Shown: positions 29,069 to 39,156 of the stretch, piece after piece | How the letters are laid out: each line of letters opens with the position of its first letter | Numbering within the stretch: the first letter of the stretch is position 1 | Source: Spirochaetia bacterium | Lineage (GTDB): Bacteria > Spirochaetota > Spirochaetia > SZUA-6 > Bin103 | Assembly: GCA_965203515.1 (NCBI GenBank) | Contig: OZ241907.1 | Coordinates: forward strand, 1,472,001 to 1,536,000 | Reading direction: 5' to 3' | DNA: 64,000 bases | Notes under the pieces: model-generated | What the model was told of the DNA's origin: nothing | What the model saw: the letters and a program-made list of their open reading frames with translations, nothing else | The model's database searches: none | Translations under genes and position numbers: made by a program

Positions 29069-29151
29069 CGCCGGGAGGCATCTTCGAGTACCCGCGCGCT
29101 TTCGCTGTACGCCGGCGGTCCGCCGCCCGCCACAGGGGCTGGTCGGCTTCG

Positions 29152-30501
29152 TCATGAACCGTCGTCCGGCGGGTGTTCGACGGCGCGCAGGACCGCGTCG
29201 AGGACGCGCTCGGCGGTGCCGGGCTCGAAGTGAGCGGAGCCGGTCTGCGATTCGTAGCCGCCGGCAAGAAGGTCGGGCCGGAACGGCAGGTAGCCCTCGT
29301 AGCCGTTGGCACAGGAGATGACCAGCGCTTCCGGGACGCGCGCCTTCACCCTCAGGCCAAGCTCGGCCAGCACCTCGAACGGGAGCGCCACGAGCGGCAG
29401 ATCGCCGATACGCATCTGCTGAATGCGGACGGCGAGCGAACCGGCGGGCCACCGGCGCGCGGCGTAGGCCCGATGGAGCGCTTCCAGATAGGCCGTGCGC
29501 GCCGGGCCCTCCTGCCCGGCGGAGGCGGCCCGCAACCGGTCCGCGGCGGCCGCCAGACGCGCCTCCGGGTCGCCCGTCAGATCGTGGCGTACCCGCGCGT
29601 CGAGCTCGTCCCAACGCACGATCACCCGATCAGCGGCGAGGGGACGGAACGCACGATCGCCGAGCAGCACCGCATGCGCCAGGCTCTCGCCGATCCAGCG
29701 CCGCGACTCGCCCAGACGGCGCATCGGCACGACGTCCCCCGCCGCCCCCTGTGCGAACAGCACCGGGCAGCCGTACTCGTCCCTCAGGACGGCTCTCAAA
29801 TAGTACACAAAATCGGACGACACGAGCAGCGACGGCCCCACGCCGTGTCGATCGCCGGTTACCGGATGGCAGGCGAAGTGGACCAGCACCGCGTGAACCG
29901 CGCCGGAATCGGCGGAACGGAACCGCAGCGCCGTCAGGCGGTCGTCGGTGGGCGACAGCGCGGGCAGCGGTTCCGCGCCGTCCGGGTACCGGAGGGTGGT
30001 CACCACCGATCCATCGATCTGACGAATCCGCCGGTTGTAGTGGACCTGCGGCGCGCGGGTGCGCAGCACCTCCACCGTTCCCGGCGCCAGACGGCGCACC
30101 GCCTCGGCGCATGCCTCCACCACCTTGGCGGTCAGCTCGCCGACGCAGGCGGCGTCCGCGTCGATGACGCCGTTCCGTCCTGCGTCCGGGTGATGGATGC
30201 GCTGCAGTCCCATCGCCGGCGCGTAGTGGGTGTGCGAGCAGGCCAGCAGGACCCGATCCGCCGGCACGCCCGCCCCCGCAGCGATGCGGCCGGCCAGCGC
30301 GCGCGCCAGCTCGTCATGCACGCCGACCAGGTCCAGCGTGACCAGCAGCGCCGGCTCCTCGCCGGAGCCCTGCAGGGCCATGCAGCCGGCAAGAATCGGC
30401 TCGCTGACCCCGGTCGACGGTCCATCGCGCCCTGAGTAACCGGCGAGCCAGACCGGCCGATCGGGCGTCAGGTCACACGTGGCGCACCCGAATCGCAGCA
30501 T
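29152..30501 (-). CDS. Neutral/alkaline ceramidase-like amidohydrolase
   Basis: DLTP..LAGY..R, CSHTHYAP, HFACHPV, QGAAGDV, LPFEV, ANGYEGYLP, GGYE. Confidence 0.75.
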   Translation of the reverse strand: MLRFGCATCDLTPDRPVWLAGYSGRDGPSTGVSEPILAGCMALQGSGEEPALLVTLDLVGVHDELARALAGRIAAGAGVPADRVLLACSHTHYAPAMGLQRIHHPDAGRNGVIDADAACVGELTAKVVEACAEAVRRLAPGTVEVLRTRAPQVHYNRRIRQIDGSVVTTLRYPDGAEPLPALSPTDDRLTALRFRSADSGAVHAVLVHFACHPVTGDRHGVGPSLLVSSDFVYYLRAVLRDEYGCPVLFAQGAAGDVVPMRRLGESRRWIGESLAHAVLLGDRAFRPLAADRVIVRWDELDARVRHDLTGDPEARLAAAADRLRAASAGQEGPARTAYLEALHRAYAARRWPAGSLAVRIQQMRIGDLPLVALPFEVLAELGLRVKARVPEALVISCANGYEGYLPFRPDLLAGGYESQTGSAHFEPGTAERVLDAVLRAVEHPPDDGS

Positions 30502-30554
30502 CGATGCATGATAGCGGATTGACGCGGAGGCGGCCGGTTCCTATCGTCGCTCCC

Positions 30555-30620
30555 ATGAGGAACGGCGAATCGCCCGAGGCCCGCTTCGCGAGCGACGGCT
30601 TCGTCCGCATCGAGATCTGA
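30555..30620 (+). other. 21-aa leader ORF coupled (TGATG) to sialidase; possible gene remnant
   Basis: MRNGESPEARFASDGFVRIEI*, 7 nt after TATCGT -10-like hexamer. Confidence 0.35.
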
Positions 30621-31720
30621 TGGAAGGCCGCACCGGCGACGAACCGGTCACCTACGTGGAGATCGCCCCGGCGACCGACGCCCATCCGCGCAACGACTCG
30701 GCGTCGATCGCGCAGCTCGACGACGGCAGCCTGTTCATGGTCTGGATCGAGATGCATGCGAGCGAGCTCGGCGGGCATGACGAGGCGCCCTCCAGCATCG
30801 CGTCGATGCGCTCCACCGACGGCGGTCTCACCTGGGGAGCGCACCGCATCGAGCAGTCGCCCGGCAACGGCGTGCACAGCGTCTACAACCCCAGCCTGAT
30901 CGCGCTGCCGAACGGCGAGCTGCTGTTCTTCTACCTGCAATACCTCCACCTGGTGTGGAACGAGCCGCTGCAATCCGCAGGCTGCCTGCGGCGCTCCGCC
31001 GACGGCGGCCGCACGTGGGGGGATGAGACGCGGATCTGGGACCGCGAAGGCTACGGCTGCGCCAACCACACCTTCACGCGGCTGGCCGACGGCCGGCTGC
31101 TCAAGTCGGTCGAATACCTGCCGGTGTGGGGCGCCTACCCCAGCATGACGTCCCGCTCGGGCTGCTTCGTGAGCGATGACGACGGCCGCACCTGGCGGCC
31201 GCCGGCCAGCCTGGTCCGCCTGCCGCTGCGCGGCACCATGGAGAACCACGTCGTCGAGACCACGCAGGGCCACCTGCTGATGTGCATGCGCAACCAGCTC
31301 GGCTCCGTATTCATGAGCCGCTCCGGCGACCGCGGCGAGACCTGGAGCCTGCCGCAGAGCTCCGGTCTCTCCTCCTCCGAATCGATGCCGAGCCTGACGC
31401 GCATCCCCGGCACCGGCGACGTGCTGCTGATCTGGAACCACGCCGAGTTCGACCCGACCTACGACCACTCCGGCAAGCGCACGCCGCTCACCTGCGCGGT
31501 GTCGCGGGACGGAGGCGCCACCTGGGGCGCACCCCGAAATCTGGAAGACGACCCCGGCATCGAGTTCACCAACGTCGCCTGCTCCTACACGCGCGATGGC
31601 AAGGCGATCGTCACCTACCTCACCTCAAAGATGGTCAACCCCGACCATCCCGGCGCGCTCGGCCGGGCGGCCATGTCGCTCAAGGGCGCGATCTTCGACG
31701 TCGAGTGGCTGTATGGCTGA
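30620..31720 (+). CDS. Sialidase/BNR-repeat beta-propeller protein
   Basis: Asp boxes STDGGLTW, SADGGRTW, SDDDGRTW, SGDRGETW, SRDGGATW; RTPL. Confidence 0.85.
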   Translation: MEGRTGDEPVTYVEIAPATDAHPRNDSASIAQLDDGSLFMVWIEMHASELGGHDEAPSSIASMRSTDGGLTWGAHRIEQSPGNGVHSVYNPSLIALPNGELLFFYLQYLHLVWNEPLQSAGCLRRSADGGRTWGDETRIWDREGYGCANHTFTRLADGRLLKSVEYLPVWGAYPSMTSRSGCFVSDDDGRTWRPPASLVRLPLRGTMENHVVETTQGHLLMCMRNQLGSVFMSRSGDRGETWSLPQSSGLSSSESMPSLTRIPGTGDVLLIWNHAEFDPTYDHSGKRTPLTCAVSRDGGATWGAPRNLEDDPGIEFTNVACSYTRDGKAIVTYLTSKMVNPDHPGALGRAAMSLKGAIFDVEWLYG

Positions 31721-32636
31721 GTCCCTCAATACCGACCCGGGCGAGGGGTACCGGCGTTGCGGCTACGCGGTCGTGCGCGGCATGTTCGACGGCGAACGGG
31801 TCGCGCGGCTGCTGCCGATCTGCGAGCGGGTGCTGGCGCAGTGGCGCGAGCGCCCACTGAGCGACAACCCGCCGGTCGGCCCGACGGCCAACTACCTGCG
31901 CCACCTGAACGACCCCGGCTACCACCGCGGCCGGCCCGAGGACCTGGCGGCGATCCTGGACGCCGCGGCGGCGCCCGCGGCGCTCCGCGCTGCCGACCAG
32001 GCGCTTGGCGAGCCGCACCTGTTCACCAGCACCAGCCTCTACTTCAACCCGACCGGCGAGCCGCTCGACGGCTTCTGGCACAAGGACGCCATCGGCCCGG
32101 AAGCCGACGACCCGCGCGATCACGTCACCGGCAGCGGCCTGCAGGCGCAGGTCGCGCTGGTGCCGAGCGATGACCTGGAGGTCGTCCCCGGATCGCACCT
32201 GCGAGACTTCACGGACGCCGAGCGGCGCATCTGCGTCGATGACGGCGGCGCCAACCGGCGCTCCAACGACATGCCCGGAGCGGTCCGCGTCGCGCTGCGG
32301 CCAGGGGACGGCGTCCTGTTCAACCAGATCGTGATCCATCGCGGCCGCTACCACCGCGAGCCGCCGCGCCGCACCTTCATGATCAGCTTCCGCAAGCGGC
32401 GCGTCACGGCGGCGACGCTGGCGCGCCGCGGGCTCGATCAGTACAGCGATCAGCCGTGGTTCCTGGCTCCCGACTATCTGAACGGCACCGCACCGGAGAC
32501 GCGGCGCTACTTCTCCGACTACACCGCCTTCTACGCCGCGCAGTGGCGCAGCCGGCTCGCGGAGATGCTCAAGTACCACCACCTGATCCGGCACCTGCGC
32601 GACACCGGCGCCCCGTACCCGTTCGGCGTTCCGTGA
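31713..32636 (+). CDS. Phytanoyl-CoA dioxygenase family (Fe/2OG) protein
   Basis: GYAVVRG, WHKD, LEVVPGSH, LRPGDGVLFN..IHRG. Confidence 0.82.
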   Translation: MAESLNTDPGEGYRRCGYAVVRGMFDGERVARLLPICERVLAQWRERPLSDNPPVGPTANYLRHLNDPGYHRGRPEDLAAILDAAAAPAALRAADQALGEPHLFTSTSLYFNPTGEPLDGFWHKDAIGPEADDPRDHVTGSGLQAQVALVPSDDLEVVPGSHLRDFTDAERRICVDDGGANRRSNDMPGAVRVALRPGDGVLFNQIVIHRGRYHREPPRRTFMISFRKRRVTAATLARRGLDQYSDQPWFLAPDYLNGTAPETRRYFSDYTAFYAAQWRSRLAEMLKYHHLIRHLRDTGAPYPFGVP

Positions 32637-33724
32637 CGCTGGCCGACGTACGCGACCCGGCATCGCTCCGGTCATGCATGACCGAGCCGTCGCCGGCGCT
32701 GGTGGAGGCCGCCGGCCGGCTGCCGGGACGCGTGCTCATCCTGGGCGGCAGCGGCAAGATGGGACCGGAGTTGGCCGCCACGCTGCGCCGGGCCGACCAG
32801 GCGGCCGGCGTCGAGCGCGACGTGGTGGTCGCGTCGACCTTCAGCTCGGACGCGACCCGGTCGGACGCGACCCGGTCGGACGCGACCCGGCGGCGCCTGA
32901 CCGGGCTGGGGGTGTCGTGCCTGCGGGCCGACCTCACCGATCCCGACCAGATCCGCAGGCTCCCGCACGCGCCGCACGTGATCTACATGCTCGGCTTCAA
33001 GTTCGGCAGCGACGCCGACCACCGACGCGCGTTCCACGTCAACGGCATCGTCCCGTACCTGATCGGCCGCCGCTACGCGCGTTCCCGCATCGTCGTGTTC
33101 TCGTCGACCAACCCGTACGCGATGGTCCCCTGCGGCAGCGACGGCGTCGGCGACGTCGGCGGCGCCATCGCCGGCTCGCGCGAGGAGGACCCGCCCGCGC
33201 CGAGCGGCGTGTACGGCTGGTCGGTCATCGCGCGCGAGTCGGCATTCGCCACCACGGCGCTCGCCGATCCGCAGCAGCGCGTCTGCATTCTGCGGCTGGC
33301 GTACGCCCAGCACCTCTGCTACGGGGTGCTGCGCGACCTGGCCGACATGGTCGCGCGCGGCGATCCGATCTCGCTCGCGGTCCCCGCGGTCAATCTGATC
33401 TCGCAGCGGGACGCGATCGACTACGCGCTGCGCAGCCTGGAGCGCTGCGCCAATCCCGGCTGGACGATCAACGTGGCCGGCCCGGCGTGCCGGGTCACCG
33501 ACCTCATCGCCGGCCTGGGCCGCCGGCTCGAACGCGAGCCGCGGCCGGCGGGCGAACCGGGCGAGCGCGCGCCGATCGCCGACGACCGGCGCTGCCGGCG
33601 CGCGCTCGGCGAACCGCGCGACGGCGTCGAGGCGATGGTCGATGCGGTAGCCGCGTGGGTCCGTCGCGGCGGCGAAAGCTGGGGCAAGCCGACGTGGTTC
33701 GGCAACGTCGAACGTTCCTACTGA
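32633..33724 (+). CDS. NAD-dependent epimerase/dehydratase
   Basis: ILGGSGKMGPELA, GFKFG, VFSSTNPY, YGWS..RE, LRLAYA, YGVL.D. Confidence 0.85.
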   Translation: MTLADVRDPASLRSCMTEPSPALVEAAGRLPGRVLILGGSGKMGPELAATLRRADQAAGVERDVVVASTFSSDATRSDATRSDATRRRLTGLGVSCLRADLTDPDQIRRLPHAPHVIYMLGFKFGSDADHRRAFHVNGIVPYLIGRRYARSRIVVFSSTNPYAMVPCGSDGVGDVGGAIAGSREEDPPAPSGVYGWSVIARESAFATTALADPQQRVCILRLAYAQHLCYGVLRDLADMVARGDPISLAVPAVNLISQRDAIDYALRSLERCANPGWTINVAGPACRVTDLIAGLGRRLEREPRPAGEPGERAPIADDRRCRRALGEPRDGVEAMVDAVAAWVRRGGESWGKPTWFGNVERSY

Positions 33725-33760
33725 TGCCGCCGCCAAGACTGCCGATAATACTTGGTATAC

Positions 33761-34255
33761 ATGGCAACGCAACGAATTCGAGTCGCCGACGAGGTGTGGG
33801 TCGCCACCGCGCTCCTGCACCAACAGAACCCGGAACGGGAGGACTTCACGGTCGCCGAGATCACCGAACGGGCGGCGGAGGAGTCTTCCGGAAGCTCGCG
33901 GCCATTGCGCCCCGGCTTCGTCGTCCACGTCTCCCAGCACTGCGTGGCCAGCAAGGCGCCCAATCCTGGCCGGTACCGGATGCTGATCGAGACCGAACGC
34001 GGCCGCCGCCGGCTGTTCCGCCCCGGCGACCCGTACCATCCCGAACGGAGGGGCGGCAAGGACGTCCCGCGCACGGAGGAGATCCCGTTCGAGTACCGCG
34101 ACCTGATCGGCTGGTACCATGCCGAGTATGTGGGGGCCGCCACCATTCCGATCCCGCCCGACCCGATCCTGTCGCTGCTCGACATCGGCAAGTCGTTGCG
34201 CGCGACCGAGGCCGCCGACACCCTGGTCCGACGCCTCCGGGAAGCCGGCCGATGA
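33761..34255 (+). CDS. Putative antitoxin with extended N-terminal domain
   Basis: ATGA-coupled to PIN gene; C-terminal DPILSLL..AADTLVRRLRE resembles VapB tails. Confidence 0.55.
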   Translation: MATQRIRVADEVWVATALLHQQNPEREDFTVAEITERAAEESSGSSRPLRPGFVVHVSQHCVASKAPNPGRYRMLIETERGRRRLFRPGDPYHPERRGGKDVPRTEEIPFEYRDLIGWYHAEYVGAATIPIPPDPILSLLDIGKSLRATEAADTLVRRLREAGR

Positions 34256-34674
34256 GCCGCATCTTCTGGGACACCAACCTGTTCCTGTACCTGCTGCAGA
34301 GCATGGGCGAGCGGTCCCGGCAGACCGCCGAGCTCCGCCGGCGCATGATCGAACGGGGCGACGAGCTGGTCACGTCGGCGCTCACGCTCGGCGAGCTGCT
34401 CGTCCATCCGATCGAGCACCGAAACCGGGCGGTACTGAGCGAGGTCGAACGCGCCATTCCGGCCGGCGCCACCGTGCTGCCGTTCGACGCGCGCGCCGCC
34501 CGCAAATTCGCCGAGATCCGCGCGGAATGGCCGATCTCCGCGTCCGACGCGATCCAGCTCGCCTGCGCGTCGGTGGCCAACTGCGACCTGTTCGTCACCA
34601 ACGACGACCGGCTGAACCGTACCAACGTGCCGGGGGTCCACTTCATCCAGTCGCTGCACCGGACGGTGCTGTGA
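34252..34674 (+). CDS. vapC: PIN-domain toxin
   Basis: IFWDTNLFLY, TLGELL, DAIQLACA, FVTND. Confidence 0.88.
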   Translation: MSRIFWDTNLFLYLLQSMGERSRQTAELRRRMIERGDELVTSALTLGELLVHPIEHRNRAVLSEVERAIPAGATVLPFDARAARKFAEIRAEWPISASDAIQLACASVANCDLFVTNDDRLNRTNVPGVHFIQSLHRTVL

Positions 34675-34699
34675 GGCGGATGACACCGGGAGAGAGACG

Positions 34700-36319
34700 A
34701 TGAGCACGATTCTGGGAGCGGCGCGCGCGTGGTCGTGCGCCGGCGGCGCGTGGCAGGCCGGCGCCGACGGTGCGATGGCCCCGGCCGACGCCTTCGACGC
34801 CAACACCGAATCCGGCATGCAGGGGTGTCGGTTCGCCTTCGCCGCCGACACCGCGTACGGAGATTTTCGCGCCGCCTTGCAGGTGCGCCACGAGACCGCC
34901 CACAGCGACGTGGGGTTGATCTTCGGCGCCCGCAGCGCCTGCGACTTCTCCCTGCTGCACTTCCCGTGCTGCGGCCAGGGCTACCGGGCGCAGCACTTCT
35001 GGACGGCGCTGTCGCGCATGGACGCGGACGGGTTCCTCCGCATCGACCGGCTCGCCATGGTGAATCGGGTCGAATCCGGGACCCGCATCTGGCACGACGT
35101 CGAGGTCGAGGTGCGCGGCGGCGCCCTGCGCGCGCGCATCGACGGCCGCGGCGTCTTCGAGCACCACGGTCTGCGGGCGCGCGCCGGTCGTCTGGGGCTC
35201 TTCGTGTTCGGCCGAGCCGGCGTGCGGGCCGTGCGCATCGACGGGGCGCCGGCCGCAGTCCCGGACTGGGACGATGGGCCGGAGCAGCCGACCAACTGGT
35301 TCCATCCGGTCGGCGATGCCGGGCGGGGCGTATGGCAGAAGCCGCAGACCCTGCTGCGCGCCGCCGGCGGCGAGCTGGCGCTCACCTTCAACGCGAGCGA
35401 ACCGGGGCCGTCCGGCGTCACCAGCCACCTGCTGACTCGCTCCGCCGACGACGGCAGGACGTGGAGCGCGCCCGAGGCGACCGGCACCGCCGAAGGAGAT
35501 CCGTGGACGGTGCGCGGCACGCTGCACCGCTTCCCGGACGGCCGCGTGCGCAAGCTCTCCATCGACCGGGACGGGACGTTCGCCCTGCACGAGGCGTCCG
35601 ACGACCTCCGCACCATCGGCCCGCCCCGGCGGCTCGATCTGGGACCCGCGCCGGACGGCATGACCGGTCTGCACATGGGTCCCCAGGTGTTCGCCAACCT
35701 CGACGACGGCGCCGTGGTGATGTTCCTGTACGGCGGCCACGAGTCCGGCCCCGGCCACGAACGCATCCATACCTGGGGAGCCGCCCACTGCCGCGCCTTC
35801 ACCTGCCGATCGACCGATAACGGCGCTACCTGGTCGCCTCTCGTCAACATCGACCACGCCGTCGACGGCAGGCGCGCGCCGGTCGACGGCTCCCTCGACC
35901 TCACCGAGGTGTGCGGCGCGGAGACCGGCGGCGGCACGATGGTCGCGCTGATCCGCCCGATCTACTCGCCGTGGATGTGGGAGACGTGGTCACGGGACGG
36001 CGGCCTCACCTGGAGCCCGTGCATGCGCGGGCCGTTTCCGGGCTACGCGACGCCCAACATGCTGAAGACCCGCTCCGGCGTCCTGCTGGTCGCCCACCGG
36101 CTGCCGATGCTGACCGTGCACGCCAGCTTCGACGCCGGCGCGAGCTGGCAGGGATCGATCATCGACAGCTCGATCTGGGTCATGGGATCGATGCTCGAAG
36201 TGCGGCCCGATCTGGTGCTGTACGTCTACTACGACAGCTTCGAGTCGCGGATGCGCGCGCAGTACCTGAGCGTCGCCGGCGGCGAACTGGCGCCGGTCCG
36301 CCGCGACGCGATCGACTGA
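34700..36319 (+). CDS. BNR-repeat sialidase-like protein with N-terminal beta-sandwich
   Basis: Asp boxes SADDGRTW, STDNGATW, SRDGGLTW, SFDAGASW; N-terminal WHDVEVEVRG..GRLGL. Confidence 0.72.
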   Translation: MSTILGAARAWSCAGGAWQAGADGAMAPADAFDANTESGMQGCRFAFAADTAYGDFRAALQVRHETAHSDVGLIFGARSACDFSLLHFPCCGQGYRAQHFWTALSRMDADGFLRIDRLAMVNRVESGTRIWHDVEVEVRGGALRARIDGRGVFEHHGLRARAGRLGLFVFGRAGVRAVRIDGAPAAVPDWDDGPEQPTNWFHPVGDAGRGVWQKPQTLLRAAGGELALTFNASEPGPSGVTSHLLTRSADDGRTWSAPEATGTAEGDPWTVRGTLHRFPDGRVRKLSIDRDGTFALHEASDDLRTIGPPRRLDLGPAPDGMTGLHMGPQVFANLDDGAVVMFLYGGHESGPGHERIHTWGAAHCRAFTCRSTDNGATWSPLVNIDHAVDGRRAPVDGSLDLTEVCGAETGGGTMVALIRPIYSPWMWETWSRDGGLTWSPCMRGPFPGYATPNMLKTRSGVLLVAHRLPMLTVHASFDAGASWQGSIIDSSIWVMGSMLEVRPDLVLYVYYDSFESRMRAQYLSVAGGELAPVRRDAID

Positions 36320-36433
36320 CCGGTCACCCGGTCGACCGCTGACGCCCGCCACCGAAAAACGGGCCGCCGGCTGCGCTCGGTGGCGTCGCGCCACCGCCGG
36401 CAGCGGGCGGCCCGTGCGGTTCCGGTTCGGCCG

Positions 36434-36477
36434 CAGGTCTCTACCTGTCAGGTATCTACCTGGCAGGTCTCTACCTG
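36434..36477. repeat. Three tandem palindromic units (15-bp period) over SBP stop codon
   Basis: CAGGT-CTCT-ACCTG / CAGGT-ATCT-ACCTG / CAGGT-CTCT-ACCTG. Confidence 0.85.
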
Positions 36478-38123
36478 GAGGACGCGGTCTTGTACAGGTC
36501 GACCAGCTCCCCGGCCCCCAGCTCGCGTATCTCTGCCTGGAAGGCGGCGAACTCGCTCAGCGGGCGCTGGCCGGTGATGAACAGGATCGACTGCTCCTGC
36601 GCGTAGGTGTCCAGCGCCGTCTTCAGTTGCGCCTCGCGGTCGGCCTCTTCGGCGGTGAAGTTGAAGATCGGCTCCGGCCGTTGCGGCGTGGAGCCGTCGG
36701 CCACGTACTGGCGCGCCTCGTCTTCGAACTGCTGGTAGTCCGGGTCGCTCTCGATCGTCATGTTCGCTTCCATGCGCGGGTTGTCGATGCCGACGATCTC
36801 TACGTTGGCCAGGCTGGTGCGCACGCCGAACTGCTGCTCGAACCACGCCGCGTCGCTCAACGTCCCCTGCGGGTTGTAGGGGGTCTTGATCTCCGGCGTG
36901 AGCCACCGGTACTTGCCGTCGACGATGTCCCAGTATTCGCCGGGCGGGCCGAAGAAGACGCTGTAGCTGTTCTTCTCCACCGTCATGAAGTTCATCAGCG
37001 CCATGATCTCCGGGATGTAGTCGGACTGCGCGGAGATCAGCTTGACGTAACCGTAGTTGCCGTACGGCATGCGGTTGGTCGACCGCGCGCGGGGCCCGCC
37101 TTCGACCAGGCTGGGGATGCGCAGCGCGCTGAACGTCCACTCCTTGCCGGGGCCGTAGTCCGGCAGATTGAACTGCGTCACCGGGCTGAACCAGTTGCCC
37201 GACGCCGACCACCACCAGGTGAAGAACGACTCGTCGTTGGCCAGCGACTGGCTCCACTGGTCGTAGCTCATGGTGAAGGTGTCGGGATGCAGCAGCTCCT
37301 CCGCCCACAACCGTCGGAAGTAATCCAGGAAATACTCGTACTCGGCGTCGAGCGGGCCGTACTGCCAGTCGCGGTTGGTATGGTTGAAGTAGATGCTCTC
37401 ATCGGTGTTGAAGTTGGCCGACGCCATGAACAGCAGCACCGAACGGTCGCCGGTCTGCCACGCGTTGACCGGATAGGAGTCCGGAAACTCCGCCTTCAAG
37501 GTCTTGAACGCCTCGTACAGATCCTCCCAGGTGTCGCGCGGCAGGTCCATCTTCTCCCACAGATCCTCCCGGTACGCCAAGCTGAGCGAGAACGGAATCG
37601 GATCGGCGTTGTAGACGGCGAAGCCGTACTTCTTGCCGTCCTTGGTGATCATGTTGCGCAACGGCTCGACCTCGTCGATCAGCTCCATGTAGTTGGGGAT
37701 CAGGTGCGCGTAGTCCAGGATGTTGACGAAGAATCCCTTGTCACCGTGGGAGTCGAGATCCGCCTTGGTGAGGTTCGCCGCGCCCGGGTTGAAGATGTCC
37801 GGCAGGTCGCCGGTGGCCAGCATCACCTGATACTTCGCCTCGATCTCGCCCGGCGGTATCTGGATGTCGTTGATGTGGATGTTGGTCTGGTCCTCCAGCC
37901 AGACGAAGCCGGGGTGGCCGTCGTCGGCGAAGGCGTAGTGGCCGATCGTGGTGTGCTCGGCCAGGGAATAGTCGACGGTGATCTTCTCCGGGAGCGGGAA
38001 GGTGATCTGCTCCGGCATGGAGCCCGCCTCCGCCGCTTCCTCCTGGCCGGCTCCCCAGGCCAGCCCTCCTGCCAACAGCAGCGCGCCCAGCGCGGCCAGC
38101 ATACGTGCGAGATGTCGTGTCAT
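36471..38123 (-). CDS. Carbohydrate ABC extracellular solute-binding protein
   Basis: GAGGAGG RBS; signal then AGQEE; MLATGDLPDI, YREDL, EELLHPD, FITGQRPL. Confidence 0.88.
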   Translation of the reverse strand: MTRHLARMLAALGALLLAGGLAWGAGQEEAAEAGSMPEQITFPLPEKITVDYSLAEHTTIGHYAFADDGHPGFVWLEDQTNIHINDIQIPPGEIEAKYQVMLATGDLPDIFNPGAANLTKADLDSHGDKGFFVNILDYAHLIPNYMELIDEVEPLRNMITKDGKKYGFAVYNADPIPFSLSLAYREDLWEKMDLPRDTWEDLYEAFKTLKAEFPDSYPVNAWQTGDRSVLLFMASANFNTDESIYFNHTNRDWQYGPLDAEYEYFLDYFRRLWAEELLHPDTFTMSYDQWSQSLANDESFFTWWWSASGNWFSPVTQFNLPDYGPGKEWTFSALRIPSLVEGGPRARSTNRMPYGNYGYVKLISAQSDYIPEIMALMNFMTVEKNSYSVFFGPPGEYWDIVDGKYRWLTPEIKTPYNPQGTLSDAAWFEQQFGVRTSLANVEIVGIDNPRMEANMTIESDPDYQQFEDEARQYVADGSTPQRPEPIFNFTAEEADREAQLKTALDTYAQEQSILFITGQRPLSEFAAFQAEIRELGAGELVDLYKTASSR

Positions 38124-38195
38124 GGTAGTCCTCCTCACGGGAAGGCGCGGCGCCTCCCGTTTGACTAAACTGCGCAGCCAGTGTACCACCGTGCC

Positions 38196-39143
38196 ATGCG
38201 GGTGTCTACGACCGCGCCGGCCGGCGCGCGCCGCGGCAGGGTGGCGCAGATCGTCCACGACTTCCCGCGCCAGAAGAGCCTGTACCTCATGACCGCCGTG
38301 GGCGTGGGGCTGATCGTGATCTTTCAGTACCTGCCGGTCTACGGCATGCAGGTCGCCTTCAAGCGCTTCAACCCCATAGACGGCATCTGGGGCAGTCCCT
38401 GGATCGGTCTGGACAACTTCACCGCGTTCCTCACCGGCCCGTACGCCGCGCGCCTGATCAGGAACACGATGCTCCTGGGGTTCCTGTCGATCGTGTGGGG
38501 ATTCTGGCCGCCGGTCGTGCTGGCGCTGCTGCTCAACGAGCTGCGCCTGCCGACCTACAAGCGCGTGGTGCAGACGATCAGCTACCTGCCGCACTTCATC
38601 GCCATGGTGATCATCATCGGCATGATGAAGGAGTTCTTCTCCTACGACGGCATCGTCAACCGCATCGCGGCCAGCCTGAACGGCGGGGTGACCAACTTCT
38701 TCATGGAGCCGGGCTGGTTCCGGCCGCTCTACATCGGTTCGGCCGTATGGCAGGGGGTCGGCTTCGGATCGATCCTCTACCTGGCCAGACTGGCCGGCAT
38801 CAATCCCGAGCTCTATGAGAACGCGGCCTGCGAGGGCGCCAACCGCTGGCAGCTCGCCTGGCACGTCACGCTGCCGGAGCTGCTGCCGATCATGATGATC
38901 CTGCTGATCTTCAGCGCCACCGGCCTGGTCGACGTCAGCTTCGAAAAGGTGTACCTGATGCAGAATCCGGGCATCTACGAGACCTCCGACGTCATTCAGA
39001 CCTACGTGTACCGCGTGGGACTGGCCGGCGGCCAGATCGGTTACGGCAGCGCCGTCGGCGTGCTCAACTCGGCGGTATCGCTGATCTTCCTGGCCGCCGT
39101 GAATTACATCGCCCGCCGGATGACCGGCTACAGTCTGTGGTAG
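38196..39143 (+). CDS. Carbohydrate ABC permease (LplB type)
   Basis: YLPVYG..AFK, LALLLNE, SYLPHFI, INPELYENA; promoter TTGACT-17-TACCAC 6 nt before ATG. Confidence 0.92.
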   Translation: MRVSTTAPAGARRGRVAQIVHDFPRQKSLYLMTAVGVGLIVIFQYLPVYGMQVAFKRFNPIDGIWGSPWIGLDNFTAFLTGPYAARLIRNTMLLGFLSIVWGFWPPVVLALLLNELRLPTYKRVVQTISYLPHFIAMVIIIGMMKEFFSYDGIVNRIAASLNGGVTNFFMEPGWFRPLYIGSAVWQGVGFGSILYLARLAGINPELYENAACEGANRWQLAWHVTLPELLPIMMILLIFSATGLVDVSFEKVYLMQNPGIYETSDVIQTYVYRVGLAGGQIGYGSAVGVLNSAVSLIFLAAVNYIARRMTGYSLW

Positions 39144-39156
39144 CGGCCTCGGCGTC

